A stretch of DNA of 63,215 nucleotides, the filler included, from Octopus bimaculoides (Eukaryota), in assembly GCF_001194135.2 (NCBI RefSeq). It is 8 parts of 8 records of this genome, joined end to end, with 100 filler letters (N's around TTAATTAATTAA, not from the genome) between each part and the next. Parts side by side here need not be neighbours in the genome. Positions count along the whole stretch, not along the records: positions 1 to 19,884 come from NC_068984.1; 7 more parts are not named here. One strand, given 5' to 3'. Under the pieces are notes generated by a model that saw only the letters and a list, made by a program, of their open reading frames with translations, was not told the origin of the DNA and did no database searches. Position numbers and translations under genes: made by a program. Below, one piece after another: positions 1-12,693 of the stretch. How positions within the stretch are numbered: position 1 is the first letter of the stretch; each line of letters starts with the position of its first letter.

Positions 1-333
1 GACCCTCTCCGTGACTTTCATTACCTGATCTAAAAGCTTGATACCTCTGTAATTATTTGTATCTAAAGCGTCACCTTTACCTTTGTAGCAGTTGACTATG
101 GTACTGCTACACCAGTCATTGGGTATGACTCCTTCGTGTATCACCTGGTTCGTAATACGGGTGACTAGGCTATAGCCGACACTGCCAGATATTTTGAGCA
201 TCTCTGCAGTGATTCCTGATGGGCCAGGGGCTTTCCCTGTCTTCATACTCTTAATTGCTTTATCTACCATGGTACTGTCAACTCGGATAGCTGGTCCCTC
301 TGTTGGGTCAACATACAGCAGACTCTCTTTGAC
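1..333 (-). mobile_element. RTE-clade LINE, reverse transcriptase N-terminal fragment
   Basis: Manual minus-strand translation: KESLLYVDPTEGPAIRVDSTMVDKAIKSMKTGKAPGPSGITAEMLK...IPNDWCSSTIVNCYKGKGDALDTNNYRGIKLLDQVMKVTERV. The KAPG and NYRGI motifs are typical of non-LTR RT. Collinear continuation of the RTE at 1530-2830. Confidence 0.85.
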
Positions 334-1147
334 ATTATCAACTTCTACCCTTCCATATCTAAGCCCCTCCTCTCAAAGGCCCTACCTTTTGCTGAGCAAT
401 ACACCAGCATAAGTAATCTTGATATCAGAATTATCATGAATGCCAGAAAGTCAATTCTGGTCCATGATGATTCCTTCTGGGTAAAGAAAGAAGGCGATCC
501 ATTGTTCTATGTTTCTATGAGGAGCTTTGACGGGGCTGAAATTGCCAACCTTGTCGGGTTATACATCTTGGATACCCTCAAGAGACATACCCATCCACAT
601 AGGTCAGCCCTCTATGGGGATGATGGCCTTACTCTCTCCTGCCATATTAACAGCCATGCCATGGACTGGTTCAGGAAGGACTAGAGAAAAATATTTAAGG
701 AGTCCGGTCTGTCTATAACAGTTACCACCAATCTGACTACAGTTGATTTCTTGGGCATAACCTTAGACCTGAACACAGGCAAGTATTACTCCTACAGGAG
801 GCCTAACGAGGAAATGATATACATCCACAAGAGTTCAAACTATCCCGTACTGTAATTAGAAACCTGGTTTCAGGCATTAGCAAATGGGTATCTAATCTCT
901 CAGCCAACAGAGAGATTTTTAATAGGGCCCTACAATGATGCTTTGGCTATGAGTGGGTTTACTGAGAAGCTCATGTGTATGGACATTCCCCAAATCCTCT
1001 CTCCCCACCTCATGAAGATTAGGAAAAGGAAAATTATCTGGTATAACTGCACTTTCAAACAAGACGTTTCCACCAATGTAGCTAGTGGCTTCCTGTCGTT
1101 AATTAAGAAACATTCTCCTGAGGCCACAAGTATTGCAAACTCTTCAA
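326..1147 (+). mobile_element. Penelope-like element (Naiad-like) RT/thumb fragment, decayed
   Basis: FDIINFYPSISKPLL (motif A), SMRSFDGAEIANLVGLYIL, LYGDDGL (decayed YRDDG), VDFLGITLDLNTGKYY, RKRKIIWYN and HKYCKLF. Stops and frameshifts present. Confidence 0.85.
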
Positions 1148-1529
1148 TGCCCATAAAGACAACCAGCATGGAGGAGAAGGGTCTGGAAGCTCAAAGATCC
1201 TGCGAATGGACAGAGATTTAGAGACTTATTACTCGAAGCCTTTGATGAAATAGAGGAGGATATAGCTTCACACGATGTAGAAGACAACTGGAGGTTTCTA
1301 CGGGACAACCTACTGAGGGCCACTGACCAAATCTGTGGTTGGTGCAAAGTCCCCTCTCAACCCAAAATAACGTGGTGGTGGAACAATGTTGTTGACAGGG
1401 CTATTACACAAAAGAAACAGGCTTAGAAGAACTGGAATAATGGTGGTAGCAGAGAATTGTATCAGACTGGCAGAAGGGAAGCTAGGCGACAGGTTTATTT
1501 AGCCAGAGGGGAAGCAGATAAGAAAAAAT
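1148..1529 (+). mobile_element. RTE LINE fragment in inverted orientation, matching 1650-2003
   Basis: Translates RRRVWKLKDPANGQRFRDLLLEAF...WWWNNVVDRAI...RQVYLARGEADKKK. Reverse-complement match to 1650-2003 with indels. Confidence 0.85.
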
Positions 1530-2830
1530 GTTAACCATCATCCATGCGGACACATTTCTCTCCTACGACATAACGATTCTCTCTCACACACTGTCTTGCA
1601 ACACGAAATACCTTGAGTCTTTGGTCCTCACGGCACAGAACATTGGCAAATTTTTTCTTATCTGCTTCCCCTCTGGCTAAATAAACCTGTCGCCTAACTT
1701 CCCTTCTGGTAGTCTGGTACAATTCTCTACTACCACCATTCTTCCAGTTCTTCCAAGCCTGTTTCTTTTGTGTAATAGCCCTGTCAACAGCAATGTTCCA
1801 CCACCACGTTATTTTGGGTTAAGAGGGGACAGATCTGGTCAGTGGCCCTCAGCAGGTTGTCCTGTAGAAACCTCCAGTTGTCTTCCCCATATCCCCTTCT
1901 ATTTCATGAAAAGCTTTGAGTAATACGTCTCTAAATCTCTGTCTATTTGCAGGATCTTTAAGCTTCCAGACCCTTCTCCTCCGTGCTGGTCGTCTTCTGG
2001 GCAACCACTTAGCCCTGATCCTGAAGTCACTAAGTCTATGTTGTGGGGTACATTCTTTGCCTGGGAAGGTTTTGGCATTTATAAGCAGCCATCTTTCCCT
2101 TTTTCTGGCGAGGATATAGTCAATTTGGCTAGTGTGTCTGCCAGAACAGTAGGTGACTAGGTGACTGGCTGGTTTCCTGAAGTTAGTATTGCAAACCATA
2201 AGATCATTTGCATCACACAACTCCAGCAGCCTTGTTCTTCCCTCATTGCAGGAACCAAAACCGTAGCCTCCATGTATGCCATGGAAGCCCCCTGTATGTT
2301 GTCCAACATGTCCATTGAAGTCACCAGCCATAAAGAGAAGGTCCCAGTCATTTATCAACAAGGTAGTCTGCAGGAGGATGTCATAAAATTGGTCTTTCTG
2401 TCCATCAGGTAGCCCCGGCTGAGGGGCATAGGCCAAGAAAATGGTTGCTAACCCATGATGAAGCACTAATCTAATCGTAAGTATTCTGTCGCATACTCTG
2501 ACTACCTCAATTTCCTTATCAAGCCATTTTCCCGCAAGAAGTATACCCATGCCCCCGACCCTGTCAGTGTTCCCTGCCCAGAAAATCTTGTACCTGTGTT
2601 CTTTGCCTGTGAGGAACCTAGCGGAACCTCCTTTTTACCTTACTTCTTGGAGGCAGCACAAATCGACACATCTCCATTCAAGCATCTCAACAATCTCACC
2701 AGACCTACCTTTCANNNNNNNNNNCAGCACAAATCGACACATCTCCATTCAAGCATCTCAACAATCTCACCAGACCTACCTTTCAGTGAGCCGACATTGA
2801 GAGTGCCAACCCTGAGGGTGTGGGAAGTAT
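1530..2830 (-). mobile_element. RTE LINE ORF 5' part: APE endonuclease plus linker, decayed
   Basis: TLRVGTLNVGSLKGRSGEIVEML, AYAPQ, AGDFNGHVG, CNTNFRK, SQIDYIL and QHRL are APE-type endonuclease motifs (ORFs 2712-2897, 1849-2550, 1531-1722). Confidence 0.9.
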
Positions 2831-3079
2831 GGGCCCGGGGGACAGCAGCATCATGTACCTGAAAAGAAAGCTCGCATTTGGCAGAATTCATGAACAAACA
2901 ATAGCCTTCAATTCAACCTGCATACACTACACCATCATATTTCTGCACTATATGATCACTACCCTACATAGGAGATAAACCCTAAGTAGGGGTGGGGATG
3001 GGGTAAAGCCTTTAGAAGTGTTCATGGGAGCCAACCAAAGGATGACAGAGGATAGGAACTTCCAGTACAGATGGAGAGG

Positions 3080-3870
3080 GTGGGAGGGTGTTCATACCGT
3101 GAAGTAGCAAATTCAGATGAGAGCATCTTCTGGATATGTATTCTTTTGGTGGAAGTATTGAAAATCGAATATGGGAATCCGAGTACGTGCACTAGTTTAT
3201 ATAGGGTGGGGGTGGGGGTGGAGGAAGTCTTGTTGACCCAAGTTGCCTCCACATTTGTAGAGTATGGAGGACTGTTTTTTGTCGTCATCATTGTCTCAAA
3301 TGTTCATTTAGTCTTTCCGCAATGCTCCCAGATGTCTCCCTTATGTATGTCATGTTCATGTCTTTACAAACACCTTCTATGCATCTTATGCTGTAGACTA
3401 CATTTTGAGTTCTACAGTTAATGCCAGAGCTAATCCTACATACATTGCAGTTATCATTGGTGCATATGGTATTCACAGTTGTGATCTGATGGAGTTCCCT
3501 GGCTTTTCAACAATCTTAATGTTGAGTTTGGTCTCCTTCAGAGCTATCCTAAATCTATGGGCTAGTTCTCTATAGGATGTGGCCTCTACAAACATCACTC
3601 CTTGATATTTGTTGGTTTTATACTATGTGTTCACCCTGTTTGCCTTGTCACAAGCTTTTTGTATTCTCTTCCAGTCTTTGATTCTATATCTAGGACAGGT
3701 ACCATGGGTTTCTTTACATATAATGTTATCTAACTTCTTACTTGCACCCCTGTATACTAGAACCCTATCTTTCTGATCATATCCAGCAAATTGCATGTGG
3801 TGCATGAAGTTCTGTACATGTTTCTTCGTTTCATAGTGTTTGCGTAGTGGGGACACATTGTTCATTATAC
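3080..3870 (-). mobile_element. Second PLE family fragment (thumb, Cys-rich linker, GIY-YIG endonuclease)
   Basis: MQFAGYDQKDRVLVYRGA...CPRYRIKDWK, YQGVMFVEAT, IKIVEKPG, CTNDNCNVC, CRTQNVVYSIRC and YIRETSGSIAERLNEH (VY..YIxET GIY-YIG signature). Frameshifted. Confidence 0.75.
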
Positions 3871-4934
3871 TAAGTCTGCTATCAGTATGTTAATTTTCAT
3901 GTTATGTGACATATTAGCGTTATATAACTTAAGGATTATATATGATTCCCTTACACACAATGTACACCTATCTGAGCCATTACCATATTGGGGAGCCCTT
4001 GTAATTATGGACCATGTCAGGTCATAAGGCAAGTTACTATCCTTAAGTTTATTTATATATGCCACTAAGGTAGTGGAATTCTTATACTTAGGGTTTGAAA
4101 AGGAATTCAGATGGGGCCTGTATCGCCTTTTGAAATCTATCATACTACCTATATACATCTTGTTTTGTCTATTGGGTATGCTAACTATACATTATACACA
4201 AGATTGTATCGAAGACATGATCCTGCAAGCAGGGGGGCTCTGCAGTTACAAATTTTATTCAGTGGTGACCTACTATTAATGTTCTTGTTTATATTGCCAG
4301 CATTATTAATATCATTATATTGGGATATGGTATCTGGTTTTAAATTCATTAAAGTTTCATTATTATTATTTATTATGTTAGCATTTGGGGTCGATACCTT
4401 AACATTACCCTTATTTCTGTTAGTATGTAGTGCTAGTTCTAAAGCATTATTATTAGTTGCACTATTGTTGTCCTTGTTTTTCGCTATATCCTTAAGTTCA
4501 TTAGTACGTAGACCTTCCCCTAAATTATTATTATTAGTTACCCTATTGTTGACCATATTCATTATACGTTTAATTTTATTCCTATTTATAGAAGCTATTA
4601 TTGTTCCTAAATTAGGCATTACCAAGTACGAAAATTTTATAGTAGATTTATTACAAATAAGGTAATATTTGTGATGCTTTGGGAAGTTAGATTGTAGGAT
4701 TTTAAAAAACAATCTAGATAGATTCTTAACCCTAACTGGGAAAGGAGGGGCAAACCAAATAACCTCATGTATTCTGGATTTAGATTTTCTAATTGTATTA
4801 GAAGTCTCAGGAGTAGGAGCTTTATGCTTATATTTATTATGATTATATTCAGTCAACGAAAAAAGAATTTCCAATGAATCTGAGACCTGGGATTTGCAGC
4901 ATATTAGGAGGTCAGAGTACTTGATTCCACGCAA
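3870..4934 (-). mobile_element. PLE (Naiad-like) 3' part: thumb, Asn-rich linker, CNC..CL knuckle, GIY-YIG endonuclease
   Basis: VIWFAPPF, FPKHHKYYLICNKSTIKFSY...MPNLGTII, CNCR...GSCL...VY, then a frameshift to YIGSMIDFKRRYRPHLNSF...STTLVAYI...RCTLCVRE. Confidence 0.85.
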
Positions 4935-5839
4935 AAAATCAGAAATTTTTTTTTTTTTACCTTAATGAAAATCATGCAGGTGTTACTCTAAAAAATTACC
5001 CAAACAGCATGCACAACATTTTATAACAAAAGCTGGACAGGTACACATATGCTCACAGACACACATAATCAGGAAAACACACACAGCCAAACCACTCAGG
5101 CCTTCACAGAAAACCAAACAAACAGCAGTAATTTTTCAGAGGGTTGTTACTCTGAAAATGTTAACGAAATGGAAGAATACAATGAGGGTAAAACTGCCTG
5201 CAGGGGATTCCCCTCCCCACCAAAAAATGCGTGCTGCTGGACTTGGAAAAATATAGAAAGCTAAAAAAGACTATTGGGTCTGATGTGGACCCCATAGGGT
5301 AGGAGGTGGGGTTTGATACCCTGCCTCCTGTCATTGAATACAGAGAAGTGAAAGCACTAAAAGTAAGTGACAGCTATGTTAAAGTAAAACATTTTTAGAT
5401 AAACTATGAAAGAAAAAAAAAGAATAAAAAATGTATTAAATGTAACTGCTCGAGTACAGGGTTCGAGTAGCCATTGCATCCCCACATCCATATAATATCA
5501 TCCCATCATTCATCTGCTTTATTTTTTCTTCCCCGCTGCATGTTTTGTCTGTCCTTGTATTGTCCTCTCTGTATTTCACCCCTTGTGGGTAATAAAGAAT
5601 TAAGAGATAATGTCTGCCACCAACCACACTTTCCTGGTTTTACAAAGTTTACTGTATACCGAAGTGGGCAAACAGTGGCAATGAGGATTTAAACAACTCA
5701 TGAGGAATTAAAAAACTTGACGAGGATTTAAACAAACTCAACGAGAATAAACCAATTCATGTGGTGTTAATAGAAACTCAAAGAGGAGTTAATAAACTCA
5801 CAAAGTCGGTGTATGAATTCTACAGAATGTCGTAAGAGT

Positions 5840-6427
5840 ATGGAAAATATATTGGCAGGTTTGCTTGAGTTGCAAAAACAGCAACAACAACAGCAGATAC
5901 AACTGCAAGTGCAACAATAGAAGCAACAACAACAATTAATATTACAGCAGCAAATGCTGCAATTACTGAAGTTATCAGGATAGTTGGTCCATGGTGAAGT
6001 AATTCACGAACAGCTGAGTGTTGGAACCTGGGCGAGTTGCTTGTTGAGTTGTATACGTAGAGATGTTGATGTTAGGATGATAGTGGCGATGGAAATGGAG
6101 GTCACTGAATGCTGTTGGACGAAGTTGGTGAGTCTCAACATGGCAGCTGTTGTGTTGTCGCTGGAACTGGCTGTGTCTTGTGTGGTTAGTGACTAGACCT
6201 TAAAAGGTCTGGAACCAAAAGACATTGAGATGAGGAGAAGCTGGGTTTTTATAAGGAGTTGTAGGCTCAAAACTGAGTTGAGAAGAGGCTGTCACATGTG
6301 ACCTTATTTATGGGCTTTGATTGGTTATACACTGCATATTGGCATGATAGAGTAAGAGACAAATATTTGATATTTAACTCTGCTCTATTTAACTCTGTTC
6401 TATTTAACTCTGTGCAGATATCCTACA
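5840..6427. mobile_element. Possible LTR-retrotransposon debris: Gln-rich gag-like start (+) abutting an LTR-like segment (-)
   Basis: From ATG 5840: MENILAGLLELQKQQQQQQIQLQVQQ* (interrupted). The minus strand from 6427 starts TGTAGG and contains CCAAT then TATAAAA. No PBS or second LTR found. Confidence 0.25.
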
Positions 6428-6608
6428 ATGTTTTACTGCGCTCATATCTAAAATTGGTTATCTCCTTCAATTATAATCATTAACGACTAAAAGAAAAACT
6501 AACCATTTAAAAACTTCATGACAATAGTTCAAGGTGGAGCCCACTTTATTGCCAGGAGGCTACATAGTCAGAAGGCAATAAGTTTGTCATTGGATAACTG
6601 ATTTAGGC

Positions 6609-8652
6609 CAGTGCTTCTCAAACTATCTGATGAGGCGTACCAGCGGGTTTTTTTTCTTTCCAATGTGTCAGGGACTGGTAATATTTCTTAGTAATATTAA
6701 TTTATACTGGAAACAATGTATATAATGAATATGATAAAAGTTGACGATATCTTATATTTATTTTGTAAACAAATAATACAATATTACATAATCATTTTAT
6801 AATCTTAATTTTTACTAATGTGAAAGGTGAGCCTGCTTCTTCTTTGTCAGTTTATTCAGTCGTGGTTCAATTGAGGACAATGCCACGCACAATGGAGAAT
6901 GAATATCCATATTATTCCTGTACTTTGTCTTAATAACACTTGTGGTTGAGAAGCCAGTCTCACAGAGGTATGTTGAAGGAAATGGAAGAGTTTTCAGGGC
7001 AATTTCACTAAACTCAGGATATTCTACTTTTACTTTAATCCAAAAGGAACCAAGTAATGTGGTAGTTTTGAAACTCCTCTTCAATTCTTCCTCACTAGCC
7101 AGATCCAACAATTTGTCCTCCATAATGACACTTAAGTCATTTGGCAGTGAAATAAAAGGGTTTCAAATCCATCCATTCCCTTTCCGTGGATCTTCTGCTG
7201 GAAAGTAAAAACTGAAACCGGTCTGCCAGATTCGTCAAGTGTTTTCTGATGACATTTCGTAGAAATGTAATATTAAGGTCTTCACCTGCATCAGCGCTGA
7301 TTGTCGCTAATTGATGAAACATGTCATAACAATCTCTTGACACTTGACTCTTCCATGCTTCTAGTTTTCATTTCTGTTCATCGATCTTGTCTGCCATTGT
7401 AAAACATGAAGCCATCATTCCCTGCATGTAGGTGTTGAGATCATTAAAGATAGCAAAGATATCAACCAAATAAGCCAGCTTGGCTAACCAATTCACATCT
7501 CCGAACAATTGTGACCAATTTGGATTTTTGTCCTGAAGAAACTCAGCAAGCTTGTTTCATAGCTCAAACACTCTTGACAAGACTTTCCCTCTCGATAACC
7601 AACGCACATTAGCATGCTATAGGAGCTGTTTATGATTAGCTCCCATATTATCACATAATGCACCAAATAGTCTCAATTTTAAAGCATTCACCTTTGCATG
7701 GTTCACAATATTTACAACCTCTCTGAGAACACTGCTTAGTTCTGTTGACATTTTTTTGTTGCAAGATTTTCTCAGTGAAGGAAGCAGTGCATCAACTTGC
7801 AATCTGGGGCAAGCACCTTAATTTGGGTAACTACTCCTGAATGCCATCCAGTCCTTGCGGCAGCGCCACCAGAACATATGCCTACATAAATCCAACCCAC
7901 ATTTGTTAACGATGTAGTTGCTCACAGTCTTGAATGCTTCAGAACTAATTGTTTTTGTTGGCAATGAAGCAGAGAAAACCAACTCTTCTTTCAAATCACT
8001 TTCATGTTCAAAGCACACATACACCATCAGAATCACCTGATTAGCAAAGTTTGTGCATTCATCAAGTTGCAAAGAAAAGTAGTTTGCTAATCTGTCCTAT
8101 GAGCTGATTTTCCATATCATGAGCCAGATTATGAATCTGTCGAGCTATTGTGTCATTTGAAAGTGGCATCTGAGCCACTTTCTTTGCCGCCGGCTCGCCT
8201 AACATTTCCATACAGACAGCTTGAATATATCCTATCACCAATTCTGTATGGCTTTTTAGCCTTAGCAATTCAAAGTGCTACCTTATAAGAAGCCCGCAAT
8301 GCACAAGTATTTATGTGTGACACTTCAAAGATCTGTTTCTGATGGCCTTTTAAATCAACATGCTTTCTTTCAAAGAACTCTTTTAGCTTTGAACTCATTT
8401 ATGTTTTGTATTTAAATGTCTCTTGAGATTTGATGGCTTCATTGAGTTGTTGACCAACACATCTCCACAAATAACACACTGCGGCTTTTGCACTTGCCCA
8501 TCATTTGTGACTACAAAAGTGAAGCTAGTATGAAATTTTTTTGTCAGTAATACTTCGGTTTCATTTACATTGCTGTCATCTGATTCAAAATCACGTTCAG
8601 CAACCGGATGTCTTGGCTTGATAAATAATTCCATAGGGGCTTGCTTCGCCAT
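6609..8652 (-). mobile_element. hAT Buster/Charlie-family DNA transposon, transposase pseudogene with one TIR
   Basis: BED finger PQCVICGDVL..SMKPSNLKRHL.TKH, PLSNDTI, QLDECT, VRWLSRGKVL, LPFPSTYLCETGFS and C-terminal QAHLSH*. TIR CAGTGCTTCTCAAACT at 6609 is preceded by ATTTAGGC, fitting the nnnTAnnn Buster target. Many stops and frameshifts; 5' TIR not found. Confidence 0.92.
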
Positions 8653-8706
8653 CTGTAAATTAGGGATGAAAATAATATTGTCGCAAATATTCAAGTGTTT
8701 CTATTA

Positions 8707-9967
8707 TCTTATTTTATTTTAAGGTAATTAGTTTTTTCTTTTATTTTTTTCTAATGGAAGAAAATATTTTCTGTGCGTAACAATTATAATTGAATCTTTC
8801 TCTTCATTTCATTGTGTTAAAAAGAAAATTATTATTCTGATATAATCTTGAGAAAACGTAACCAGTAGGTAAGGAATTTAGTTAAGATTTTTTCTTCTCA
8901 TAATTCCAGAGTTCGAGCCCACAGCAACATAATATCTCCTCCACTATTTAAGTATTACGTGTCAAAAGTGAAACAAAAACACTCATGTCAAATACTTTCA
9001 CTTTAAAAATGAAACTATTCTACTAACTGAAACAATCACATTTCGATACTGTAATGACAGATACTTTCAGAGAGAAAGAGAGAGAGAAAGAGATGTATAT
9101 GTATACATATAGATGTATATGTACACGTTATTCCACTAACTGAAACAATCACATTTCGATACTTTCAGAGAGAGAGAAAGAGATGTATATGTATACATAT
9201 ACATGTATATGTACACGTATATGCATATATATATACATATATATATATAGATATATNNNNNNNNNNNNNNNNNNNNNNNNNNNNNNNNNNNNNNNNNNNN
9301 NNNNNNNNNNNNNNNNNNNNNNNNNNNNNNNNNNNNNNNNNNNNNNNNNNNNNNNNNNNNNNNNNNNNNNNNNNNNNNNNNNNNNNNNNNNNNNNNNNNN
9401 NNNNNNNNNNNNNNNNNNNNNNNNNNNNNNNNNNNNNNNNNNNNNNNNNNNNNNNNNNNNNNNNNNNNNNNNNNNNNNNNNNNNNNNNNNNNNNNNNNNN
9501 NNNNNNNNNNNNNNNNNNNNNNNNNNNNNNNNNNNNNNNNNNNNNNNNNNNNNNNNNNNNNNNNNNNNNNNNNNNNNNNNNGTAAGACTACCCTTTCAGA
9601 TATACTTTCATTGTGATTTCTGCAATGTGGTGCATAAATTGTCAAGTAAATGAGACGCATCTTTGCCTCCACTGATTCACTTGCAAAGTGTTGAGTAAAA
9701 TTATTTCGTTGCATACCTCCTTTGGGTCTTTTTATTATCACTACGACACACATAGTCCCCAGTTGGTAACATTGATTTCAAGGCCCTCCTAGATGAGAGA
9801 CTGGCATTCCACTTAATGTCTATGTTCCATGCTGGCATGGATTGGAGAGTTATTAATGTAGAAATATGGTATCGTAGCTACTAACAGTTGAGGGTTGCGT
9901 AGTCTCGACGGCGTTTTTAGATTTCATTATTCTCTTTAGCCCGGGCAAAGCCGGGTATTTCTGCTAG
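8707..9967 (+). mobile_element. Non-autonomous Helitron (3' end clear, 5' end tentative; spans a gap)
   Basis: Subterminal hairpin CCCGG-GCAAAG-CCGGG (9940-9955), then CTAG|T at 9964-9968. A candidate A|TC start lies at 8706-8708. Internal ~100-bp duplication at 9022-9220. Confidence 0.65.
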
Positions 9968-10289
9968 TATGTATATAAATAAAGACTTTTATTATTACTA
10001 CTTTCCTTTCGTAGGAAATTACTTTCACTTTGCTTTTGCTTGAAGAGCACTTTCACTTTTTCTTTGAAAAAAGTCGGTTTTATTTTCCCCATTTCACTCT
10101 CCAGGAAAGAGATGAGCTCTTATAAAGTAATTTACTCTGAAATGTTATTGCATTTATATGCTAGTCTCTTTACAATAGATTTAAATGCCACAAGAACAAA
10201 GAGATGGTTAATGTTTCTACTGGTGTTGTTGGTGAAAAGTACATGGTACAATTATTAAAACAAACATTTAGATGTCATCGAAGACACCT

Positions 10290-11300
10290 CAGCCATAGAA
10301 ATCCTTCACAAATACCACCATCCAGATGACAAAGACAATGACAAAGCAATACCTCAACTGAAGGAAGCCATATATGAAGATGTAACAAAACCACTCAAAT
10401 GATTATTTGATGCAATAGCTCAGGGGAGGCATCAAGATGAACGTGAGAGAGACCAGCTCCCAGAGTTCTATAGTGTGTGCACATTAATTCAAAGATCCAG
10501 CAATGCCTTTGTCCCACTAGTACCTTGAATATGTGTCATTCTGGAAAAAGGAAAAAGGGACATAGCCACATGAAAGGCTCCTGTTACATTTGAACAATGA
10601 CTGGGGTGCCTAGAGTGCATGGATGGTACATTTCAAACATGTCCATTACTTAACAAACAATTCTTTGCAGGCGAAGACAGGGCTCTCTCATATTTGTCCA
10701 CTCTCTTGACTGGGGAAACAAGCACTTAGTTATTATGGTCAATTGCAAAGTAGTACTTTTGTGTAGTGGTGAGCAGTTAATTATCACTGCCATGAAAAGT
10801 GAGCTGATGATGGCCAATGGTTAATGGCTGTCATTTCCACTTCTGCCTGTCTATACGTTTTCAGGAGTTATGGCTGTCTGGAACATGCTGGAAATATGAA
10901 TACCTCTAAAAGTCAGAGGTTTCCATTAGTTATTTGCCGTTGGTTGCTGTATGACAAAACTCCTGTCAATTATCAGATTTTCTCACTCAACCATATCTAG
11001 AGTTGCCAGGCTTTATTCTGCATAGTTACAAAAACAACTTTAATGACATATGTCAGCTGCTGATGTGGAAAGTGCATAACAGAAATGCCGAAACCAGCAC
11101 AAACAGCTTTGGGGAATGTGAGATCAGGGCATTGTTCTTGATGTTTGTTAGTCACCCTTAATGATATTGAATAATATCACTGTCATCAGTCCAGCCATGG
11201 GACATAGTTATTTTCATAATTGTATTTTGTAGCTTTTCATTCAGGATAGAACATTAGGTTGTGGTAAAAGAATATTTTTAGTGATGGTTGACCAAACCTC
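10290..11300 (+). mobile_element. Highly decayed Mutator-like (MULE) transposase
   Basis: Manual translation across frames: KEAIYEDVTKPLK, PEFYSV..LIQR, MDGTFQTCP (10619 on; MULE DGTFK motif), LLTGET and EVRGFH (cf. GCxFH). No long ORF. Confidence 0.6.
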
Positions 11301-12693
11301 ACAGTCTAGTTCTCTGAACCAACACTGATGAGAGAGGAGATTCACTTAGTCCTCATAAATGAAAGAAAAGACACCTGAAATCACAGATTTGATGCCTTAA
11401 GAGACATTATAAGTCAAGAGATAGAGCCCTAGTTAAATAACCCATTTCCAGTAATTGTGTCTATCAGAAAATTCTGTAGGGTGAAAATAGTGTTAAAATA
11501 TGTACTATCATTGAATCTTCCTGATTTTCTATTAAACCTTCTGAATACTGGATTCCCAAATTAATGGCTTTCTGATAGTAGCAGCTCACTCAGGCTGGGG
11601 AATCTTTTTAATATCAGGTGAATAGCTTATATTAAATTACTGTTGTGGGCTGAGATCTTAAACATATTTTTTGATTTAGATTTTTTTGAGACTTTGTCAG
11701 GAGGTGGTTCCAAATTTGAATATGTCCATAATAGTTTCTCACCCCTGCTATAGCCTAATGTCTTGTTTTATTATTCTATTACTACTACAATGTAAGGGCT
11801 ACTAGGTTCATGATCATAAAGTTGTGGATTTGATTACTATACTAGGCAACATATTATGTACTTGACCAAGGCTCTTCATTTCATGCTGCTGTCTTCTCAG
11901 TTGATCTAAGTATTAGCTAAGAGCTGGTGCTGACTTTTCTCCTTCTAAAGCTGTTACATCCCAAATAGTCTGCTGGATCAGAGGTGAGAGGGTCAATAGA
12001 GTGTGTCATGACTACATAGGCACCTAAAACTATTGGTGAAAGTATGTATATACAACCAATTTATACTCTTAGGAGTGATGGCTGTAGTGTTACAATGTAT
12101 GCAGCTGTTCAGAACTTATTGTTTTGCTCTTAACTTCACTGAAGCTGATTACAACACTTTTATTGAGTTATTACTATTTTCTCCCCATTTCAAAGTCTAT
12201 CATATTTCCTTTCGATAAGTTTATGCAATCTAATAACTCCCAACTACACACTATTTAACCTCCTTATCATGCACATTTTAGTCCTCTTCGTGTTTAATGT
12301 ACCACTGTCAAACTTTAACTAAACCATAAGGTTTGAAAGGTTTACAATTACAAATAGAAAGGGAGAAATTATCGTAAGCATTGATATTTCTAAAATTAAA
12401 AAACAAAATACAAATTTTGAAAACAATCTTTTTCTCAGATTTGTACGCTGAAAATCTTGAATCTTTATAAAGTTTTCGAAAATAATAAGAAAACATTTAG
12501 CAAGTGCAGACAAAATGTCAGTGTATGCGTGTGTGCTGTCGGAAAACATCCGAAGCAAAAAATGTATACATTCTGTTCGATTTGTATTGTTATCACTAGC
12601 TTTCCCCAGCGACGATGTTATGTCCCACTCCTCCATTACAATAAGACGGAAAGAAAAAGGAAAGCAAAATACAACTAACTGTATATTTTATCT

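Noticed and set aside
4111-4665. 184-aa hydrophobic ORF resembling a membrane protein
   Set aside because: It is the antisense frame of the Asn/Lys-rich PLE ORF.
10030-10060. TTGAAGAGCACT as the missing Buster 5' TIR
   Set aside because: Imperfect match and not followed by the ATTTAGGC TSD.
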